Below, in pieces: positions 46,157-55,545 of a stretch of 64,000 nt of DNA; within the stretch, counting starts at the first letter, position 1; each line of letters opens with the position of its first letter. This stretch comes from Candidatus Komeilibacteria bacterium. Its GTDB lineage: Bacteria > Patescibacteriota > Patescibacteriia > UBA1558 > UBA10009. A program made the position numbers and the translations under genes. Location: NCBI GenBank assembly GCA_026396575.1, contig JAPLWM010000020.1, forward strand, positions 14,266-78,265, read 5' to 3'. The notes under the pieces are model-generated. The model made no database searches, was not told the DNA's origin, and saw only the letters and a program-made list of their open reading frames with translations.

Positions 46157-47689
46157 TCATTTTACCACTTCCCCGCCAAGGGCATCAATTACACCCTTTA
46201 CCAGATTATCGCCTTTTTGTCCAGCCAGATCGTCCAATAAGCCGTTGCCGAAACTTTCATCTATTTTGCCCAAAATGGACAGGGGCTTTAAAAACACCTT
46301 GCTTAAAACCTCTTCCACCATCCTTAAATTTTTATCTTCCTTAATTCTTTCGTAATGGAAATTGTATTTGAAGCCCACCACGATTTTTTTGCCCTGCACT
46401 GCCACAGGATAACCTGATTTTAAAAACATGGACAAAGAATGGTTGTAATCCTTTAGGGCCTCGATAATTTCCGGCCATTTTTGGCGGACCGTTTCCAGAT
46501 TGATGGCGCCGGCTTCCTGAATTTCCGGCTCTTGGGGAACTGATTTTTCGACCGCCGGTTTTTGAACCGCTTTTTCAGCAGTTAATATCGGCTGAACTTT
46601 ACCCAGGGCCTCGGCCGATTTAACCGCGGCAATTTCCAGAGGCAGCTGGATAATGGCGGTTTGCTTTAAGCCGAGCAAGGCTTCCAAAAATATTTCCAAA
46701 ACCTTAACCATAGAGGCGGTTGAAATTTCCTTGGTGTTTAAAACCAATTGGCGCAAGCGCTCTTCGCCGGCTTCCCAGCCCAATTCCTGCCAATCGCCGG
46801 TAACCTTGGCCAATAAAATTTTTCTTAAAGTTTCCACGGCGGTTTTGGCGAAGTGCTCCAAATCCACCCCTTCTTCCATTAAGACATTGATCATCTGGAT
46901 GGCTTCCTTGGTTTGGCCCAAAAACAAAAAATTGATAAACTCCATGACTTTTTGCCAATGGCTCTTGGGTAAAACCAAACTGGCCTGTTCTTCGGTGATT
47001 TCACGCTCGCCCAAAGACAAAATCTGGCCCAAAAGCGAAACCGCGTCCCGCAGGTAGCCCTCGGAAATCCGGGCGATATTTTTTATCACGGCGCCGGCTA
47101 CCTTAACATCTTCCCGAGAGGCCAAATCTTCCAGATGCAGAATAATTTCGTTTAACGGCACTTTTTTATAATCAAAACGCTGGCAGCGGGAAATGATGGT
47201 TTCAGGAATTTTATGGATTTCGGTGGTGGCCAGGATAAAAATGGCGTGCGCGGGCGGTTCTTCCAAGGTTTTTAAGAGGGCGTTAAAAGCCTCGTTGGTA
47301 AGCATGTGCGCCTCATCTATTATAAAAACCTTGTATTTTTCCTTAAGCGGGGTGTATTTGGTTTGCTCTCGCAGTTCCCGGATCTCGTTAATGCCCCGAT
47401 TGGAAGCGGCATCAATTTCCACTAAATCCAAAGAACGGCCTTCGCGGATTTCCACGCAACTGGGGCACTCGTCGCAGGGCTCAAAACCCCGGCGATTCTG
47501 GCAATTTAGGGCCTTGGCCAAAATCCGGGCAATGGTGGTTTTGCCGATGCCCCGGGGGCCGGAAAATAAATAAGCGTGGGCCAGCTTGCCCGAAGAAATT
47601 TCGTTTTGCAAAGTTACCTTGATATGGTTTTGGGCCACCACTTGGGAAAACTTCTGCGGCCGGTATTTGCGGTATAAGGTAGTAGACAT
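46157..47689 (-). CDS. dnaX: DNA polymerase III subunit gamma/tau
   Basis: AAA+ clamp-loader motifs GPRGIGKTT, DEAHML, SRC (TIISRCQRF), zinc module CDECPSC. Confidence 0.9.
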   Translation of the reverse strand: MSTTLYRKYRPQKFSQVVAQNHIKVTLQNEISSGKLAHAYLFSGPRGIGKTTIARILAKALNCQNRRGFEPCDECPSCVEIREGRSLDLVEIDAASNRGINEIRELREQTKYTPLKEKYKVFIIDEAHMLTNEAFNALLKTLEEPPAHAIFILATTEIHKIPETIISRCQRFDYKKVPLNEIILHLEDLASREDVKVAGAVIKNIARISEGYLRDAVSLLGQILSLGEREITEEQASLVLPKSHWQKVMEFINFLFLGQTKEAIQMINVLMEEGVDLEHFAKTAVETLRKILLAKVTGDWQELGWEAGEERLRQLVLNTKEISTASMVKVLEIFLEALLGLKQTAIIQLPLEIAAVKSAEALGKVQPILTAEKAVQKPAVEKSVPQEPEIQEAGAINLETVRQKWPEIIEALKDYNHSLSMFLKSGYPVAVQGKKIVVGFKYNFHYERIKEDKNLRMVEEVLSKVFLKPLSILGKIDESFGNGLLDDLAGQKGDNLVKGVIDALGGEVVK

Positions 47690-47737
47690 AGCAAAAGCAT
47701 TTTAACAAAATAACGGTTAAAAGGCAAATAAAAAAAA

Positions 47738-47853
47738 CTTGCCTACTATGTATCATTGCGAGCCCCGAGGGGGCGTGGCAATCCCGTTGTACTTGGTATA
47801 AACATCGGGATTGCTTCGTCGCGCGGCTCCTCGCAATGACAGCGATAGGCAAG
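47738..47853. repeat. copy 1 of a roughly 115 bp imperfect palindromic repeat element
   Basis: cattgcgag-ccccgagggggcgtg-gcaatcccg [19 nt loop] cgggattgc-ttcgtcgcgcggctc-ctcgcaatg flanked by an 8 bp outer stem cttgccta/taggcaag and by A/T runs; a near-identical core recurs at 53221-53306. Confidence 0.75.
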
Positions 47854-47859
47854 ATTTTT

Positions 47860-48396
47860 TTATTTTTTAATGATGTTTTCTATGGCCGCGTGCTGGCTTT
47901 CGGCCCCTTTGGGCACTAAAATTACGGCCTCATCGCCGATGCTGCCCTTAAAATAGGTAATGCTGGCCAAAATAACCTTGTACACCTTGTTATCGGCCAA
48001 AACGCGGTATTCGCCGGTGGCTTCATCTTTAATCACCTTGCCAACCAAACGTTCCCGCTCTACCGGGCCGATCTGCTTATAAACAAAATTGCCGGCCTCG
48101 TCGATCGACAATTTTAAAATATCGCCTTCCACCAATTTTGATTTGGAAATATAATTGGCCGGCACCGAATATTCCTTGCCGTCCGGGCCGATCATTTTTT
48201 GTCCGTCAAACACCCCTTCCACGATCCGTTCGCTGCTTAAAGCTTTCATTTCTTCCATACCCACCTTGGCCGCTTTTTTGCTGTAATCGATATCGTCCAA
48301 GGGATTCAAACTGCCGCCGGCCAAAAGCACTTTGCATTTCTGCACCTGAATTTCTATGTTATCCAAAATTTGTTTTAGCTCTTCCAAATTTTTCAT
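47860..48396 (-). CDS. hypothetical protein with two beta-rich repeats
   Basis: 178 aa; internal repeat around GDILKLSIDEAGNFVYKQIGPV / GEYRVLADNKVYKVILASI; no known motif. Confidence 0.45.
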   Translation of the reverse strand: MKNLEELKQILDNIEIQVQKCKVLLAGGSLNPLDDIDYSKKAAKVGMEEMKALSSERIVEGVFDGQKMIGPDGKEYSVPANYISKSKLVEGDILKLSIDEAGNFVYKQIGPVERERLVGKVIKDEATGEYRVLADNKVYKVILASITYFKGSIGDEAVILVPKGAESQHAAIENIIKK

Positions 48397-48481
48397 ATTT
48401 ATTTTTTCCGCCTTCGCCTCAACGCGGAAGCTGGCGGATTTTTATTTTTATTTAAATATTTTGATTTTAGCTATTAAACTC

Positions 48482-48509
48482 AATATAACAACTTTTTCAG
48501 GGTTGTCAA
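48482..48509 (-). promoter_or_regulatory. sigma-70-like promoter (TTGACA, 16 nt spacer, TATATT) for the 178 aa gene
   Basis: Minus strand reads TTGACAaccctgaaaaagttgtTATATT, about 80 nt upstream of the ATG at 48396. Confidence 0.35.
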
Positions 48510-48568
48510 ACAGCCAAGGTGTGAATAACTTTACCCCGCGCCCCGAGCACAGCCGAGGCGGCGCGGGG

Positions 48569-49093
48569 TTAGAAACGATATAAATACAGGGGCATGCCGT
48601 TGGCTGTGGCTTTAAACACTTCGGCCGGCTGGTAGTTTGGCAATTTAAAAGCCAAAGAAACCACCCGGGCGCCGGGATGCAATTCTTTTTTAAATTTGGG
48701 CTCCAGCTTGGCCATAACTTTGGGCAGAGAAAAAATATAAATCACGTCGGCCCCGCTTAAATCCAGCTGGTAAAAATTCCGCCAGCAAACTTTAATCCGC
48801 GCGCGATTCGGGCTAAGCCAGCGGCGCACTTGCGCCAAAACATAAGGCAATAAAGAAATTTCCACGCCGATTATTTTTTTTGCTCCCGTTAAGCGGGCCG
48901 CCGCGGTTAGCCAGCGGCCGTCGCCGCAACCCAGATCATAAACCGTTTCCCTTGCCTTAATATCGGCCAGCTTAAAACTGGCCAGCAGATTTTTATTAAA
49001 AGTCGGCACCCAGGGAGCACCGCTAAAGCCGGCCCGGATCATGGTGCCGAAAAGAATTAAAAATATTAAAATAAGCAGGGTGGGCAGAAACAT
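48569..49093 (-). CDS. class I SAM-dependent methyltransferase with N-terminal TM anchor
   Basis: Motif I VYDLGCGDGRW; N-terminal hydrophobic helix; 174 aa; 5 nt downstream of the VirD4-like gene. Confidence 0.65.
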   Translation of the reverse strand: MFLPTLLILIFLILFGTMIRAGFSGAPWVPTFNKNLLASFKLADIKARETVYDLGCGDGRWLTAAARLTGAKKIIGVEISLLPYVLAQVRRWLSPNRARIKVCWRNFYQLDLSGADVIYIFSLPKVMAKLEPKFKKELHPGARVVSLAFKLPNYQPAEVFKATANGMPLYLYRF

Positions 49094-49097
49094 AAAA

Positions 49098-51690
49098 TTA
49101 AGAAACCAGCCTCATCCGGGTTAAAATTTCCTGCTCGGCCAAAGCCCGGTCGCGGCCGTATTTAAGGCGCGATAATTCCCTGACGCGCAAAGCCATGGCT
49201 TTATCGCCGCCGGTAGGCGGATAGGGGCTTAAATTAAAAGCCCGGGCATTTTGATTGTCTATTAAAAGCTTGATGTAAGCGTTATATTTGGGAATATTGA
49301 TTAAATCGTACTCGTTAAACACCGGGGCGAATTGCTTGGCCAGCAGTTCGGCGTCATCGGGCCCGATTCTAAACGCCAGCATGGTGCCCACGTTGCCAAA
49401 AACCGCATCTCTAATGGAGGTATCCTTATTATTCCTGGTTAATTGGCCGATATACTGATGAGCCACGATTAAACACAGCCGGTATTTGCGGGCTTCGGAT
49501 AAAATAATGGCAATGGAATCGGTAATAAAATTCTGGAACTCGTCAATATACAGATAAAAATCCCGGCGCTCTTCCAAGGGCAGATCCACTCTGGACAAAG
49601 CGGCAATCAACAGTTTGCCCACGATGACCATGCCCAGCAAGTTGGCGCTTAAATCGCCGATTTTGCCTTTGGCCAATTTAATCAGCAAAATCTGGCCGCG
49701 ATCCATAACCTGCCTGAAATTGAAGGAACTTTTTTGCTGGGCGATAATCGGGCGCATTAAATCCGAAGAAACGAACGGCGTCAGCTTGCTGGTAATGTAA
49801 GGCACCATATTGGCGAGCGATGCTTCGCCGCCGGCTTTTTCCGCTTCTTTCTGCCAAAAATCCTTAACCACCGGATTTAAGCATTTCTCAAGTTTGAATT
49901 TTCGGAAAGCGGCATCGGCCAAAACCTTGGGCACTTCCAATAAGGTGGAGCCTGAAGCCGGATCTTCCATCATCAACAGCATGGCGTTGCGCATATACTG
50001 CTCAAACATCGGGCCGCCGGTGGCTTTAAGGTCGTAAAGCTTGTCAAAAATATTGATCATTTCGTTGATCACAAAAGTTTTCTGCTCCGGATTTTCAAAT
50101 TCCAGCATATTGAGGCCGATCGGCCGCTCGGTATCCGACGGATCGAACAAGATAACGTCATCGGCCCGCTCCGGCGGAATATGCTCCAGCACAGCGTCCA
50201 CCAAATCGCCGTGCGGATCAATTAAGCAAACGCCTTTGCCGGCGGCAATATCCTGGATAATCAGATTCTGCTGGAAAACCGATTTGCCGGTGCCGGATTT
50301 GCCGATAATGTACATATGGCGGCGGCGGTCGTCTTCGGCCATTCTGATCGGCGTACGCAAGCCGCGGTAAAAATTATCCCCGAGTAAAATTCCTTCCGCC
50401 GGAAGATTTAAAGGCGGCGCCGCTTTGCGGGCTTCCAACCAATGGATATTCGGCGTTTCCGAACGAGGCAAAGGCAAATGCCAAAGCGAAGCCATTTCTT
50501 CGGCATTTAAAATCATATTGTACTTGGGCACAAAGCCGCGTTGGATAAAATCAGTCACCAGCTTGGGCAAATTAACGAATTTGGCCCGCTTAAAAGCGTT
50601 GCCGTACTGGTAAATATTGAATTGGGCGAAAGCATTGACCATGTTGCCCAGATAATTTTCGGCCAGCTGCTTGGTCGGCGCCGAAACCACCAGCCGCAAA
50701 TTAACATCCAAGCCGGCTTTGCTGGTTTTTTCTTCAATGCCCTTGATTAGTTCCTGCTCCATGGGCGACAAGCGGTACTGCAATTCGGCCCGGCCAAGAT
50801 TTTCCTCGCTTTTTTTGGTAGTGGAAAAAAAAGTCACGATGCCCCAGATAAAACCGCCGATTTTATCAAAAACATTGCCAAACCCGGCCCGCCTTAAAGC
50901 GGCCCGCATGGTCCGGCCCTGCTGAACTTCCCGCGCTACCCTAACCCCGCGCCAGTGCCACCTTCGGTGCGAAGAACGGATCACGAATTGAATGCCGGCC
51001 GAAAGCGTTTTATCCGCTTCGGCATTGCCCAAACCGGCGATTTTAGCCAAAGAACTGGTAAGGGCATCAACCGGATCGCTGCCCATTTTTACATAGGTTT
51101 TAAGGGGAAAAATAAAATCCCGGGCCAAACGCAAATAAGCGCCGGCCAGCTCGCCTTTAACCGAAAAAATATTATAATCCTCCACTTCTTCCGTTAAAGC
51201 GAACGGATAAGAAGCGTGGATCTGCTGTTCCAAGGTTTCTTTCAAGTAATCAGGCACGGCAATATAAAAATAAATTTTACCCTGTTGTAAAATTATTTCC
51301 AGGGAAAACAAATCGGTCCGGCCGACCAGCCATTGATGCAAACCGCGCTGGGCTCTTAACCCGCCCAAAACAGAAAATAAATCTTCGGCCACGCTGATTT
51401 CCTCTTTTAGGGCCTGCTGAATCGGCGCCGTGGGAGATTTTTCGTTTTTGCGCAAGGACTCTTTGGGCACGGAAACCAACAAGACCCTTTGCTTGAAAGC
51501 GGCGGGCAAACGATAGGACCTGGCCAACCACCTTCTTAAAAAATGCAGGCCGGCCCACAAAAACAAAAAAATAATTGCCGCCCAAAAAAGAGAGACAATT
51601 ACCGGACTGTTTAAAAAAAGATTAAAATTATTGGTAGCCGGCAAGTCGGAACCGAACTCCAGCTGCACGGCCAATAAAAACATCGCCATT
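49098..51690 (-). CDS. VirD4/TraG/TraD-like coupling ATPase (type IV secretion DNA-transfer family), membrane anchored
   Basis: Two N-terminal TM helices; Walker A MYIIGKSGTGKSV; Walker B YLYIDEFQNF; LIVAHQYIGQL block. Start placed at ATG 51690, adjacent to the upstream gene stop (TAATG); the track start 51791 lies inside the upstream ORF. Confidence 0.55.
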
Positions 51691-52219
51691 ATTTTTGCAT
51701 TCTTTCTTTTAAAGCCAGCAGGCGGTCGGCTTTGATTTTCGCTTCCTGCTCCAAAAAATACTTGTTCACGCCAGGAATAATCCGCAGCCACTTAAAAATC
51801 AGCAAGAAAATCTCCTTAACCTTAACTTTGGCGCTAATCAACAATTTGGCTATTTTACGGGCCGTTTCCTCGCCTTGAGTTTTAAACTCCTGCTGTTTGG
51901 CGCGGGGCATTTTGGCGTAGGCCTCCTCCAAATCTTCGGCTAAAATGCTTTCCACCTGCCTGGTTAGCTGAACCGCCGCCGGAGCAGCCGCCGTTGCGGC
52001 CGGACTTGAGGAAAATTTTTGTTCCAAGCCGGTCGGAGCCGTTTCCTTGATCGCTTCTTTAATTTCCGGACTAATTTCAAAAACGGCCTCTGGAGCTTCG
52101 GCTTGGGGCTCTGATTTTTCCGCCCGACTAAGCGACTCTAAAACTGCTAAATCGTCCCGGGCCTCTTTAATTGCGCCATCAAGGTTATTTTGCGGCATCT
52201 TGCTTAAATTATACAACAA
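51691..52219 (-). CDS. hypothetical coiled-coil protein translationally coupled to the VirD4-like ATPase
   Basis: 176 aa, Ala/Pro-rich middle, amphipathic C-terminus; stop codon abuts the downstream start. Confidence 0.4.
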
Positions 52220-52224
52220 AACGT

Positions 52225-52233
52225 GGTATAATA
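52225..52233 (+). promoter_or_regulatory. extended -10 element TGGTATAAT upstream of corA
   Basis: acgTGGTATAATaaaaggag; the same CGTGGTATAAT 11-mer occurs at 29142-29152. Confidence 0.35.
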
Positions 52234-52263
52234 AAAGGAGTTCAACTAAGCTTCTTTTTCAAC

Positions 52264-53196
52264 ATGGAAAAATCAAAACACGTCAAAGAAATAAAAACCG
52301 CCAAAGTCCGCTGGGTGCATTTAAGCAAAAACACCGTGCGGGAAATAGATTATTTAAGGCAGAACTTTAAATTCCACCCGCTGGATTTGGACGATTGCCT
52401 TTCGCCCGCCCAGCGCCCCAAGCTGGATGAATACGAAAGCTATCTGTTTTTAGTGATGACCTTCCCCTATTATGACCGCGAACAGCGGGAAATTATGGCT
52501 TCGGAAGTCAACTTTTTTATCGGGCCGGATTATTTGGTAACGGTGACCGACGGCAAGCTGCTGCCTTTATTAAAATTCTTCGAGCAATGCCAAACCAGCG
52601 ACGGCTACCGCGAAAAATACCTGGGCATTAACCCTATTTTCCTGTTTTCAGAAATCTTGGATAAATTGCAGCTTAATTTGTACCCTATTTTGGACCATAT
52701 CGGCGAAGAAATAAACCAGCTGCAAAAAGCGATTTTTTCCGGTTCGGAAAAACAGATGGTTAAGGAAATCCTGATCATCAAGCGCAACATCATCAATTTC
52801 CGCAAAATCGTCCAGGCCCATAAAAACGTGGTGCGCAAGCTGATTGCCAAAAAAGACAAATTTTTTATTCCTTCCAATTTAATGGTTTACCTGGCCAATA
52901 ATTTGGAGCAAAGCAAGGATATCTGGGACACTTTGGAAAGCCTGAAAGAAAACGTGGAAGCCCTGCACAATACCAACGAATCGCTGATTTCTTTCCGCTT
53001 AAACGACATCATTAAAATTTTAACCATTATTTCTGTAATTTTATTGCCGGCCAATTTGATTGCCGTAACTTTCGGCATGAAAACCGCAGGCATGCCTTTA
53101 GCCAACAATCCATATGGCTTTTGGCTGGCGGTGGGCCTGATGGCGGCGGTGATGCTTTCGTTGATCCTTTATTTTAAAAACAAGCGTTGGTTGTAA
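52264..53196 (+). CDS. corA: CorA-family divalent cation transporter with GMK in place of the GMN signature
   Basis: Cytoplasmic N-domain plus two C-terminal TM helices; loop sequence AVTFGMKTAGMP aligns with the CorA YGMNF motif; start set at MEKSKHVKEIK. Confidence 0.65.
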   Translation: MEKSKHVKEIKTAKVRWVHLSKNTVREIDYLRQNFKFHPLDLDDCLSPAQRPKLDEYESYLFLVMTFPYYDREQREIMASEVNFFIGPDYLVTVTDGKLLPLLKFFEQCQTSDGYREKYLGINPIFLFSEILDKLQLNLYPILDHIGEEINQLQKAIFSGSEKQMVKEILIIKRNIINFRKIVQAHKNVVRKLIAKKDKFFIPSNLMVYLANNLEQSKDIWDTLESLKENVEALHNTNESLISFRLNDIIKILTIISVILLPANLIAVTFGMKTAGMPLANNPYGFWLAVGLMAAVMLSLILYFKNKRWL

Positions 53197-53206
53197 AATA
53201 AAAAAA

Positions 53207-53321
53207 CTTTGCTCTTTTGTCATTGCGAGCCCCGAAGGGGCGTGGCAATCCCGATGTTAATGGTTATTAATAACGGGATTGCTTCGTCGCGCGGCTCCTC
53301 GCAATGACAGCGTAAGCAAAG
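53207..53321. repeat. copy 2 of the palindromic repeat element
   Basis: Core cattgcgagccccgaaggggcgtggcaatcccg...cgggattgcttcgtcgcgcggctcctcgcaatg identical to copy 1 except one base and the loop; outer stem here is ctttgct/agcaaag (different sequence, still complementary); sits between convergent corA and the pilin-like gene. Confidence 0.75.
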
Positions 53322-53326
53322 TTTTT

Positions 53327-53782
53327 TTATTCCCCGAAAACCACCATTTGCTGGCGGGTGATTTCGGAAAAATACCACAAGTTGTAAGATTGGCCGTCGC
53401 TCCAATAGCCGTACGACAGGCCGCTGCCGGACAAAGGATCCCTGGGGATCTCTTTTAAAGCCGCGGCTAAAATATCCTGGCCGTGAACGGTCTCTTTTTT
53501 CTGGACCGGATAGGTTTTATGTTCGGCTTGGTAGGTTTTAAGCTTGTCCTGCAAAACAACCATGTCGGCTTTTCTTTGTTCGTCGCGCTTTCCTTCCAAA
53601 CCCTTGGCATGGTCCAGATTGGCAAACACGCTGCTGCCAATTAGGCCTAAAATGGCTAAAGTCAGCGGAATAGCTATAATGGCAAAACCTTTTTGATTAG
53701 TCATAGTATGGCAGTTAGATAACTTGGGCATTGTACTCTTTTTTAAGATTTTGTCAACCCGCAATGCGCTTGACAAAATCAT
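53327..53782 (-). CDS. membrane-anchored pilin-like protein (no Glu+5)
   Basis: MTNQKGFAIIAIPLTLAILGLIGSSVFANL hydrophobic N-terminus resembling a prepilin but lacking E5; 151 aa. Confidence 0.35.
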   Translation of the reverse strand: MILSSALRVDKILKKSTMPKLSNCHTMTNQKGFAIIAIPLTLAILGLIGSSVFANLDHAKGLEGKRDEQRKADMVVLQDKLKTYQAEHKTYPVQKKETVHGQDILAAALKEIPRDPLSGSGLSYGYWSDGQSYNLWYFSEITRQQMVVFGE

Positions 53783-53859
53783 TATAATCTGCTAGATTTA
53801 AATGTTTGAGTTCGTTGAAATTCAATCAAAAACAACACAATACAAAAGGAGGCATTAAA

Positions 53860-54645
53860 ATGCCAGAAGGTTCGGAAACGGCAAAATCTGCCATCCGACT
53901 CACCCTTGAGGCCATGCTCAACAATATACTCAAAACCTTGGGAGTAGCGGCTGAGAAGTGGGTCGATCGTATTTCTCAAGACGTGTTCAACGTCAAGGGA
54001 CACTGGGACGACAGTGTATTCAACCTGATCAAAGCCATGTACCGCAAGGTGCGTGGCAAAAAAAACTACAGTGCGCTACTACGCCTAATTGGGTTCTTAA
54101 CCGAACCCGAGCATCAAGAATTCGGAGTGATTTCCATCAGCGAATTGGCTCTTACCTATAAGGAAGAAGAGCCGCCTGCTAAAGGAAAAGCATCGAAACC
54201 CGGAGAAAAAGAAGGAGGCAAAAAACCGCTTTCCGTGGTGGAAAAAAATTTCGCTTTCTTTCTGAACGATTTCGATTTCGAAAAGCGGGAGAACTACACC
54301 GTCCTGTTTGAATCGTACGACTTTCTGATTCGCGACTTTTTACAGCTGGAAGCAAAAGGCCGGGCCAATCGAGATGAGGTAGTGCGCCTGATGCACTTGA
54401 ATTCGCTTTACGCCGATGAAACGTTGAAAAAACGGCTAGCCGGCGTGATGTTGCATGTTGCCGACTGGCCCGCCACTCTGAAAAAGTGGCGTAAGCAAGG
54501 TTGGGCAATGTTTGTTGTCGGCTTGAAAGCTGCTGATAAACACCTCAACGAACGGTTTAGCGAACGTGCTCGGGCATCTCGGGAAAGCAGCGCTAATGCT
54601 CTTGCGCAAGCAAAAGAGCGGTTATGTAACCGCCTCCAACACTAA
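53860..54645 (+). CDS. hypothetical soluble protein, first gene of a three-gene cassette
   Basis: Strong RBS AAAGGAGG 8 nt upstream of ATG 53860; 262 aa with Lys/Glu-rich linker; no motif; locally elevated GC. Confidence 0.5.
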   Translation: MPEGSETAKSAIRLTLEAMLNNILKTLGVAAEKWVDRISQDVFNVKGHWDDSVFNLIKAMYRKVRGKKNYSALLRLIGFLTEPEHQEFGVISISELALTYKEEEPPAKGKASKPGEKEGGKKPLSVVEKNFAFFLNDFDFEKRENYTVLFESYDFLIRDFLQLEAKGRANRDEVVRLMHLNSLYADETLKKRLAGVMLHVADWPATLKKWRKQGWAMFVVGLKAADKHLNERFSERARASRESSANALAQAKERLCNRLQH

Positions 54646-54654
54646 GGAGAACGC

Positions 54655-55545
54655 ATGAATTCAATCTTGGACCAACTCTGGAGTTTTATCGATCGTCTTG
54701 GAGTGTTGGTTTTAACCATCGCCGACATGATCGTCCAGGGTAAAAACACACTGGCCGAAATCCACTACAAGGAATTTGGCGAGCGAATACAATGGCAGGT
54801 GCGAAGAGCCGGCATCATCGCCCTGATTTGCATCGGGGTGCTGCTGGCCATGAGTGTGGCAGGCCTGTGGTGCGGTTATACCGGCCACTGGGTAATAAGT
54901 TCATGGCTTCTGGGCTGGGCAATAGTGGGCTTGGGCCTGCTAATGCTGTTTGAGCAGGCGGTATTTGCTGCGCTGGGGATTATGGTCTTTGGCGCTAGAT
55001 TTGCCGCTTTGGCAGGGGTCTACCCCGCCTTCATGATAGGCAAGGGCCTACTTGGAGAGATCGGCAAAATGCTCAAACTACCGGGCAAACTGGTGGAATG
55101 GATACCCCGCCTGGGAAAAGTAATCGCCATCCAGTTGAACACCTGGGGCAAGAAATCGCCCGAAGAAATCCGCCAGCTCTTTGAGCTGATGGAAAAACCG
55201 GAAGGCGATCAAAGTCATCCCGACCAACAGGCCTGGGATGATAACTGGCGAGAAGTGAACGGGATGTTGAATGAAGCGAAGCAGAAAGCAGAGGAGGTGG
55301 CGCAAACCATCTTCTTCTATACCGAGGCCTGCCTTGGGTTCCTGGCATTCATGGCCATTTTCTTCTTTGTCGTGGCACCAAACTCCGAAACCGCTTCTGC
55401 GGCTTTAGGGTTGGATAGCTCGATAAAAGGATTCTGGCTGGACATCGTCAATAGTCGGCGTACATTACTCGCCGTAACGCTGATCGGATTGTTCGGAGCG
55501 TTTACGGTAAGTAGGAAACCAAAACTGCCGGAGGCAACTCAATGA
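54655..55545 (+). CDS. hypothetical polytopic membrane protein, second gene of the cassette
   Basis: 296 aa, about 4 N-terminal TM helices plus one C-terminal TM with a soluble acidic middle; starts 10 nt after gene 1. Confidence 0.5.
   Translation: MNSILDQLWSFIDRLGVLVLTIADMIVQGKNTLAEIHYKEFGERIQWQVRRAGIIALICIGVLLAMSVAGLWCGYTGHWVISSWLLGWAIVGLGLLMLFEQAVFAALGIMVFGARFAALAGVYPAFMIGKGLLGEIGKMLKLPGKLVEWIPRLGKVIAIQLNTWGKKSPEEIRQLFELMEKPEGDQSHPDQQAWDDNWREVNGMLNEAKQKAEEVAQTIFFYTEACLGFLAFMAIFFFVVAPNSETASAALGLDSSIKGFWLDIVNSRRTLLAVTLIGLFGAFTVSRKPKLPEATQ

Noticed and set aside
46056-46355. Two overlapping plus-strand ORFs (99 and 64 aa)
   Set aside because: They overlap tRNA-Gln and the 3' end of dnaX on the opposite strand and are Pro/Ser-rich; this is antisense noise.
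48533-48572. GC-rich inverted repeat ccccgcgcc...ggcgcgggg at the methyltransferase gene stop as an intrinsic terminator
   Set aside because: No U-tract on either strand. It is noted only as one of a family of GC-rich 9 bp stems; its function is unclear.
49691-51791. Track start of the VirD4-like ORF at 51791 and several internal plus-strand ORFs (for example 50041-50370)
   Set aside because: The 34 N-terminal codons overlap the upstream gene. The ATG at 51690 abuts that gene's stop (TAATG coupling) and begins the first TM helix. The plus-strand ORFs are antisense artefacts.
52171-52263. Upstream ATG start for corA given by the ORF track
   Set aside because: That region contains the TGGTATAAT promoter and an AGGAG. 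The CorA homology begins at MEKSKHVKEIK (52264).
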